Source: a virus (lineage: Duplodnaviria; Caudoviricetes). From it: a stretch of DNA of 29,985 nt. The stretch covers positions 1 to 29,985 of the IMG/VR virus record IMGVR_UViG_3300005512_002719. One strand, written 5' to 3'. Below are positions 23,849 to 29,985 of the stretch, one piece after another (position 1 is the first letter of the stretch; each line of letters begins with the position of its first letter). The notes under the pieces were generated by a model. The model had not been told where the DNA came from. It made no database searches and worked only from the letters and a program-made list of their open reading frames with translations. Position numbers and translations under genes: made by a program.

Positions 23849-25537
23849 TTATATTTCCCCGCCTTTGGGCATTTTAATTTCGGGTGCCTCTACAGAAGAA
23901 TCGTCAATTTCTGGTTCCATAACAGGCGCACCTAAATCCCCTCCTCCACCTTCAGGTTCAAATGGCATTCCTGTTTGTGGATCGATTGTTGCCGGATCAG
24001 GGATAACTCCATCCTTAATTTCCTTTTCAATCAATGCATCTTGCTCAATAATTTCCTCATCAGTCTGACGTAAGACATTACGTCTTACATAATCCTGAGA
24101 GTAATACTTACCAATATAGGGTTCAGCAGTTTGAAGAAGTCCAAGTCTCTCTTGCATCAACTCTGCTTCTTTCAGTTCTGCAAAGTGATTATCATAGAGG
24201 AAATCATATTGAATATGCTCACTCATCACATCCCAATCTTCTGGAGTGATGACATTCTTAAGAAGAAGTTGAGTTCTTAACATATCATTGAACACGTTGG
24301 AGAATCTCTTTCTCAAACGTCCAACAAATTTACTGAACTTGACTTCATCTCTCAGAATCTCAGAAGATCTTCCAAGATTAAATCCACCTTCACCTTCAAT
24401 TCTTGAAGTAGGAACATTCAAAGACTTGAAAAGTTTTCTTTGAAAGTAATTTATGTCAGTGATTTCGCCAAGATTTTGTCCACCAGGAAGAGTGGTGATC
24501 TCAGTTCCTCTACCACCCTCACGCCTAGGAAGCCAGAAGTCTTCCATCATGGACATAAATTTTTTGTCATCACGAATTTCTCCTGTGTTTGCATCATATA
24601 CAAGTTTGTTACGATAACGCATCATGACATCACGCAGATATTGTTCTGCCTTGACTTTTGGGAGATTGCCAACATCAATGTAGAAAATACGACGTTCTGG
24701 TGCTCTACTTAAACGATAGATAACCAAACTATCCTCAATCATTCTAAGTTGATTGAGTGCCTTGATTGCTTTGTGAAGATATGATAGAGTTGATCCCTTA
24801 TTTCTATCTACTAGTCCAGAAGTGCAATAAGTGACTGAATCTTTTGATAATTTGATTGCTTTCTTGGGATCATTTCCACCATAACCAGAAGCAATAGTAT
24901 TATTTGATGATCCTAACGATGGGTTATACATGAAGTACTCTTCCACTTCGGGGAAGTCATACGCTAACCTATCGTTTTCGGAATATTGAAGTTGTGCGGA
25001 TCTTAAACTATCTGATCCTTTTTTCTTAAGTTGACGAACATAACGCATCTTCATTGCGTCAATATAACGTAACTCTTGAATGCCGTCTTGAGGATTTTTT
25101 AAATCAATCACCTTGTGGTAATATAATCTACCATCAACGTACCAATTCCTATAGATTTCGTGTGCTTTATTATTGAAATCAAGTAGATCGAGAATATACT
25201 TAAATTCTTTACGAATTTTCTTTTTGATGCCATCACTGGCATTCAAATTCGACAGTTCTATTTGAACAGGTGTATCATTTGTATCAGATACAACTGCTTC
25301 ATTTACAATATCTTCTATAGCACCATCAACTTCTGGATGAAGTGCCATCTCGCGATAACGTTTGATCAGATCAAATTCTGTTTTATATACACCTTCAATA
25401 TCTACATAGCTACCGAAAAACCCGCTACTCAGGTAGTAATTATTCTCGTCCCCCTCACTTGGGGGGACGGGAGATACTACACTGGGTGGGGTTTTTTCAG
25501 TATCTTCAATTGAAAATCCAAATAATCTAGTAGACAT
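23849..25537 (-). CDS. gp20: Portal vertex protein
   Basis: WYVDGRLYYHK, NQLRMIEDSLVIYRLSRAPERRIFYIDVGNLP and EDFWLPRREGGRGTEITTLPGGQNLG. Confidence 0.99.
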   Translation of the reverse strand: MSTRLFGFSIEDTEKTPPSVVSPVPPSEGDENNYYLSSGFFGSYVDIEGVYKTEFDLIKRYREMALHPEVDGAIEDIVNEAVVSDTNDTPVQIELSNLNASDGIKKKIRKEFKYILDLLDFNNKAHEIYRNWYVDGRLYYHKVIDLKNPQDGIQELRYIDAMKMRYVRQLKKKGSDSLRSAQLQYSENDRLAYDFPEVEEYFMYNPSLGSSNNTIASGYGGNDPKKAIKLSKDSVTYCTSGLVDRNKGSTLSYLHKAIKALNQLRMIEDSLVIYRLSRAPERRIFYIDVGNLPKVKAEQYLRDVMMRYRNKLVYDANTGEIRDDKKFMSMMEDFWLPRREGGRGTEITTLPGGQNLGEITDINYFQRKLFKSLNVPTSRIEGEGGFNLGRSSEILRDEVKFSKFVGRLRKRFSNVFNDMLRTQLLLKNVITPEDWDVMSEHIQYDFLYDNHFAELKEAELMQERLGLLQTAEPYIGKYYSQDYVRRNVLRQTDEEIIEQDALIEKEIKDGVIPDPATIDPQTGMPFEPEGGGGDLGAPVMEPEIDDSSVEAPEIKMPKGGEI

Positions 25538-25567
25538 AATTACTATGCAATCGCACTTCTTCTGATA

Positions 25568-25574
25568 TATTTAT
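25568..25574 (-). promoter_or_regulatory. Late promoter upstream of gp20
   Basis: ATAAATA overlapping the gp19 stop. Confidence 0.7.
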
Positions 25575-26215
25575 CAGATGATAACCTGTGTAGTTTGATC
25601 ACTTGCGGCACCGCTAGCAGTGTTAGAACCAGCAATCCAGTACTGAACTTGGAAAGTCACACTGAACTCTTCAATAGCATTTTCATTATCGTAAGAAAGT
25701 TCAATAGGGGAGACAGCAGTTGGAAAAATTCCTTCAAAGAAATAAGTTCTCAAAGGATTGATGCCAGAAGTTCCAGCAGCATTGTTGCCATCCACACTAT
25801 TTCTCTCAGCAAATCTGTTTTGATTGTACCCTCTGCCAAGTTGATTCACTCTAGCATTACCCATATAAGAATCTGGTTTTGTGGCACCAGATCCATCAGA
25901 CAATTTACTGATACCGTTCATCCACTCTTCAAAAGAATTTCTCAGTTTGAAGTCTTCATCATTGATAACTGTTACTGTCCACTCGTCGAAAGTTCTGTCT
26001 CCAGCAACTTTTAATTCTCTACCTCTAAATGGAATAGAGATTGGAGCAATATTACTTCCAGGTAACTGAGCAGCCTTGCACAAAAATTGGAAAGTTTCGT
26101 TATCCCAGTCATCCGCGAATTTGAAGTCATCAATATTTACTTCAAAAAGGTTAGAGCGGGCCCCGCCGCCCTGTAGTCTGGATTTGAATTGAGAGATTGT
26201 TTTTAAATTTGCCAT
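25574..26215 (-). CDS. gp19: Tail tube protein
   Basis: GGARSNLFEV, FLCKAAQLP, PFRGRELKVAGDRTFDEWTVTVIND and IEEFSVTFQVQYW. Confidence 0.96.
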   Translation of the reverse strand: MANLKTISQFKSRLQGGGARSNLFEVNIDDFKFADDWDNETFQFLCKAAQLPGSNIAPISIPFRGRELKVAGDRTFDEWTVTVINDEDFKLRNSFEEWMNGISKLSDGSGATKPDSYMGNARVNQLGRGYNQNRFAERNSVDGNNAAGTSGINPLRTYFFEGIFPTAVSPIELSYDNENAIEEFSVTFQVQYWIAGSNTASGAASDQTTQVII

Positions 26216-26255
26216 TGTTCTAAAATTTCTCCGTTTTGGTAATTATTTTAAAAAA

Positions 26256-28460
26256 TCAAACTCTACCAGTTACTTCTTGGAAATCAACTCCAGTTCTAGT
26301 AGCAACGAACGTCAGAGTGACGAAGTTGATAGACTTAGTTGGTTTCAGGAAGATGTCTGCGCGGAATTCATTATTGTCAATCACTTCAGGGGTATTATTA
26401 GTTTCATCACAAACGACTCTGAAGTCAAAGAGTCCTCTTTTCGCTTGAATATCACGAAGATATGGTTCAACAACATTAAGGAAGTTGAATCTCGTGATCT
26501 CATCATTGAACTCAAATAATTGAGCATTAGCAATTCCTTCAAGTGCTTGCTCAACTGTGAGGAAGAGACGGCGAACATTGATTCTATCGAACGCAGAAGC
26601 AAAATTTAATGCAGTTCTATCACCAAAGAGGACAACACCTGCTCCAGGTTGATTGACGATTGAGTTAATTCTTGACTCATAGAGAGCATCTCTTTGTGCC
26701 CTATTAGGATTAAATGCAAGTTTAATTGCATTATTCAGAACACCTCTCTGCTGGCCAGCAGGAGAGTACCATGGGAATTGATCAATTTCAGTTCTAACCA
26801 TCAATCCTGCTACATCAGCATTAGTAGGAATATAGCGGAATTGATTGTTAAATCTATCATACATGTACTTGTAACCAGAATCAAGAACCGCATATGAGGA
26901 ACTTGATATGGGTGCATAGAACTTGACGACGTTATTAGTTTGATCTGATGCACTTAATACATTAACAACATTTGCTCTATGTGGAGAAATACAAGCAACA
27001 CAATCCTTTCTCGCTTCAGCAATAGCGATTAATTTATTTGCTTTTGCTTGAGACTCTTCTTCGACAGTCAACCCAGGGCCATTGATCAAGAAGTCAACTT
27101 CAATCTCATCTTTGTTGGAGAAAAGATCATACGCAGCAGCAAGATCTCCAAGAGTCGCTGTCATTCCACCTTGATTGCTGTAGAGTTTTCCTCCAGCGAG
27201 GGTGTAAGTTATGTTTCCGATCGCAGAGAAAGTAACGTCTTGGGTATCCTGTGCCCAAAGTCCTGCAGCAGTGGTTACTGGCGTGAAGTCAGTAGAGAAT
27301 CCAGTTGCTCTTGGTGCAGTTGAATAGTACGAATCAGTGTATGCAGATGGATTTCTTCCTGCATAAACATATCTCGATCTTTGTGACAGGATATCTTTGT
27401 AGTAACTTCTTTCTGGAGAATCAACGGAAGATACTCCATCTGCTGCCTTAGAGGCGAAGAGGTTTTTCTCAAGAACCGATCCCTTGACTCCAGTAATAGT
27501 TCCATTGTCATCAATGACAACAATGTGCATTGCGTCACCTTTACTATTTCTGTCCAGACTGAACTGGTTAGTTACAGGTTTTGGTGCAAGTTGTTTCCAA
27601 TAAATCGTGGAGTTTGTAAGAGAAAGTTGCTGACTATTGTACCAGTCAGTCACTGTTCCAGCAGTTCCTGGAAGAGCAGTAACATGCCCACCACCAGTGT
27701 TAACACCAGAGTTGTTAACAAAGTGAATTGTATCTCCACTTCCGAAGGAAGAGAGAGAATCATTTTCTTTGTAGTCGATCTTAGTCTCAGTCCCTGCAGA
27801 AGATACTCTAGAAACGATCTTAACATCAATCGTAGAAGATCCGTTTACTGCATCAGTGGTAACACCAGTGATAATACCTTTCAGATGTCCTCCGATAGTG
27901 GAGGTGGTGCCGACTCCAGCGAGAGTGCCACTCAGAGTAGTGGTAACACCGAAACCGATCGTCATACCAGCATTGCTAGGATCGGTGGTGTTAATTCCAA
28001 TCGTTTGATCTGCCAAGTCATCAATAAAGCAGATTTTTAATCCATTACCCCAGGTTCCGGGATTCTTTGCTGCATAAGTAAAACCAACTGTTTCATCACT
28101 GAAATTGGATTCATAATCATCAAAGTTTTTAATCTTTGCATCAGTTGTGCTTGCAACACTTACACCAGCATTTGCGTTATTGAGGTTTGTTCCGTTTGTT
28201 CTTACGACTTTGAGAACTCCTCCATAGGAAAGAAACGATGATGCGGACATCCAGTACTCGTAATGAGTATCTGTTGACATTGGTTTTCCAAAGACATCAA
28301 TAAGTTGCTGTTCCGTAATGATGTCTGTTGGTTCATCTACAGGGCCAATTTGAAATGGTGCTGCAATGGCACCAATGTTTGCAAGTACATTATCAGCTCT
28401 ACCGACTGTTAGATCAACTTCCCTAGTAATCACTCCAGGAGATAATTGAGGAGTCGCCAT
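26256..28460 (-). CDS. gp18: Contractile tail sheath protein
   Basis: LSPGVITREVDLT, FLSYGG, PWYSPAG..RG, FDRINVRRLF and IFLKPTKSINFVTLTFVATRTG. Confidence 0.98.
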   Translation of the reverse strand: MATPQLSPGVITREVDLTVGRADNVLANIGAIAAPFQIGPVDEPTDIITEQQLIDVFGKPMSTDTHYEYWMSASSFLSYGGVLKVVRTNGTNLNNANAGVSVASTTDAKIKNFDDYESNFSDETVGFTYAAKNPGTWGNGLKICFIDDLADQTIGINTTDPSNAGMTIGFGVTTTLSGTLAGVGTTSTIGGHLKGIITGVTTDAVNGSSTIDVKIVSRVSSAGTETKIDYKENDSLSSFGSGDTIHFVNNSGVNTGGGHVTALPGTAGTVTDWYNSQQLSLTNSTIYWKQLAPKPVTNQFSLDRNSKGDAMHIVVIDDNGTITGVKGSVLEKNLFASKAADGVSSVDSPERSYYKDILSQRSRYVYAGRNPSAYTDSYYSTAPRATGFSTDFTPVTTAAGLWAQDTQDVTFSAIGNITYTLAGGKLYSNQGGMTATLGDLAAAYDLFSNKDEIEVDFLINGPGLTVEEESQAKANKLIAIAEARKDCVACISPHRANVVNVLSASDQTNNVVKFYAPISSSSYAVLDSGYKYMYDRFNNQFRYIPTNADVAGLMVRTEIDQFPWYSPAGQQRGVLNNAIKLAFNPNRAQRDALYESRINSIVNQPGAGVVLFGDRTALNFASAFDRINVRRLFLTVEQALEGIANAQLFEFNDEITRFNFLNVVEPYLRDIQAKRGLFDFRVVCDETNNTPEVIDNNEFRADIFLKPTKSINFVTLTFVATRTGVDFQEVTGRV

Positions 28461-28492
28461 TTTTTTCTCCGTAGTCTCAGTTTATCTGAAAA

Positions 28493-28499
28493 TATTTAT
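28493..28499 (-). promoter_or_regulatory. Late promoter upstream of gp18
   Basis: ATAAATA in the intergenic gap, with a GGAG SD downstream. Confidence 0.72.
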
Positions 28500-28536
28500 T
28501 AAAATAAACTTTTTCAGGGAGTAAACTGGACGTGAA

Positions 28537-28767
28537 CTACCAATCTGGATATGTCCAATCAGTATGTGGATCTTTCTTCTTTTTATTTTCTACAATTCGT
28601 TTAATCGTACACTCTTTACATTCATAAGAGTATGATGATGCGACTGGTCCTTTGTCTTTTCTTGTTCTATAAAATCCGTCTATTAGATTTTTTACTTCTC
28701 CACAAGTTCTACATTTTCTATCATTAAGTAGAAGATGTCCTAGCTTTATTTGTTTGTCAAACTCCAT
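28537..28767 (-). CDS. Small CxxC...CxxC zinc-ribbon protein (76 aa)
   Basis: CRTC...FY...YECKEC. Start placed at ATG 28767 (TAATG overlap with the gp17 stop). Confidence 0.75.
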   Translation of the reverse strand: MEFDKQIKLGHLLLNDRKCRTCGEVKNLIDGFYRTRKDKGPVASSYSYECKECTIKRIVENKKKKDPHTDWTYPDW

Positions 28768-29985
28768 TATCGATAATTCCACATGTAGTCCATTCCACCT
28801 GCAGTTTCTCCATATTCTGATGCGTTATACCATCTATCTCCACTATTATCAGTAAAACTTTCTTCACCCAATCCATCATCTAGAAAACCAAAGGGTGCCA
28901 TGTCTTGTTCGATTTGATTTTTCTGTTCTTCGTATAATCTCTTACGAACGTCTTGATCAGTAAGTTCTTTGAAGTAGTCCATCTGGACTAACCATGCATA
29001 AATGACAAGGCACATTGCCAAGTCATCATTACATCCTTCTTCTGCTTCAAACGAATTATGCTTTGAGATGAAAGTTGTCAATTCAGAAATAATCTCATAA
29101 TCATTAAAGATCAACTTATCTTCTTCAATCAGAGTTTTTAAGTTTAAAGATCCAACCTTCTTAACCGTCTTGGACATCTTGACACCTAACTGTGTCTTTT
29201 TGCCAGAGAATCCTTGGCCAACAATCTGTCCTGCTCTACCTCGCATAGAACACATCAACAGATTCTGATACTCAAGATCATACTGAAGAATACTTGCAAC
29301 CTGATCTCCAATATCATTCACCTCACATAAGATGAATGCACTATTATAGCTCTTCGCTACCTCATAGATGATATTGGGGAATAACATCGGTTTGATATCA
29401 TTGTTTCTATATTTGGCAACAACTCTGTGGGGAAACTCAGTAATGTCTACAACAACAAATGCAGAGTAGTCTTCTCCAACTCCCCTTGCAACGTCAACTG
29501 TCATTACATAATCATGATTTTCTTTTGATGGCTCATATACATCTAATCCAGCATTTCTTTGAATTGGATTATCATAGATAAGAGTTCTTAATTTGCTTGG
29601 TGCAATCAGAGTATCAACAGATCCTAGAAACTCACATTCAAACTCAACCTTGAACTGTTGTTCCGAAGTGTTGGCAATTGTGGTTTCTTTCCACTTTTCA
29701 TCTCTTCCTGGAACTTCACTCCAATGAACATCAGTTGGAATATATTCATTCTTCCTCTTCTCCGCATCGTGCCACATACGGTAGAAGTGATTCATACCGT
29801 GTGGGGTAGATACGATAATTACTTTGGTGTTTTTACCAGAAGTAATAGTAGGATACACAGAGGCAAAGAACGAGTCAGCAACGTGATTCGGGACGAATGC
29901 GAACTCGTCGAGAAAGAGGATGTTGAATGACATACCTCGGACAGCACTCGCAGACGTAGAAGCTGCCAATATCTTACTGCCATTT
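28767..29985 (-). CDS. gp17: Terminase large subunit, 5' end outside the window
   Basis: The frame is open to the window edge (NGSKILAASTSASAVRG). Walker B LFLDEFAF, coupling motif VSTP, nuclease MTVDVARG and NDDLAM. Confidence 0.97.
   Translation of the reverse strand, partial: NGSKILAASTSASAVRGMSFNILFLDEFAFVPNHVADSFFASVYPTITSGKNTKVIIVSTPHGMNHFYRMWHDAEKRKNEYIPTDVHWSEVPGRDEKWKETTIANTSEQQFKVEFECEFLGSVDTLIAPSKLRTLIYDNPIQRNAGLDVYEPSKENHDYVMTVDVARGVGEDYSAFVVVDITEFPHRVVAKYRNNDIKPMLFPNIIYEVAKSYNSAFILCEVNDIGDQVASILQYDLEYQNLLMCSMRGRAGQIVGQGFSGKKTQLGVKMSKTVKKVGSLNLKTLIEEDKLIFNDYEIISELTTFISKHNSFEAEEGCNDDLAMCLVIYAWLVQMDYFKELTDQDVRKRLYEEQKNQIEQDMAPFGFLDDGLGEESFTDNSGDRWYNASEYGETAGGMDYMWNYR

Noticed and set aside
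1-29985. Inteins, introns or homing endonucleases in gp43, gp44, gp46, uvsW, gp20 or gp17
   Set aside because: Frames are continuous with normal lengths, and I saw no intein termini or LAGLIDADG, GIY-YIG or HNH motifs.
1-29985. tRNA genes, CRISPR arrays or tandem repeat arrays
   Set aside because: Intergenic gaps are short and accounted for. No cloverleaf or regularly spaced repeats were seen by eye, which is not a substitute for a scan.

Overview
A 30-kb segment of a T4-like myophage genome, most likely a marine cyanophage (Kyanoviridae type). Nearly every real gene is on the minus strand. In transcription order (high to low coordinates): the late structural block (gp17 C-terminal part, gp18, gp19, gp20, small prohead genes, gp21, gp22, gp23, a Lys-rich 179-aa protein, gp3), then uvsY, uvsW, gp55, gp47, gp46, a HEXXH/vWA protein with a CobS/MoxR-type AAA+ ATPase, and the replication block (gp45, speD, denV-like, gp44, DUF4338/DruA-like, gp62, regA, hsp20, two small paralogous genes, gp43 running off the left edge). 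Three genes are missing from the ORF track: gp43, a 47-aa ORF and a 56-aa ORF. Best leads: (1) the 179-aa protein after gp23 combines a T4-style capsid-targeting N-terminus with the motif spacing of T3 SAM lyase, suggesting a virion-packaged anti-restriction enzyme; (2) a ROSE-like RNA-thermometer hairpin over the hsp20 ribosome-binding site, flanked by two candidate late small RNAs; (3) a hairpin-containing promoter motif present twice; (4) overlapping divergent sigma70-type promoters, one firing antisense toward uvsW. All family calls come from motif recognition and gene order, without database searches.
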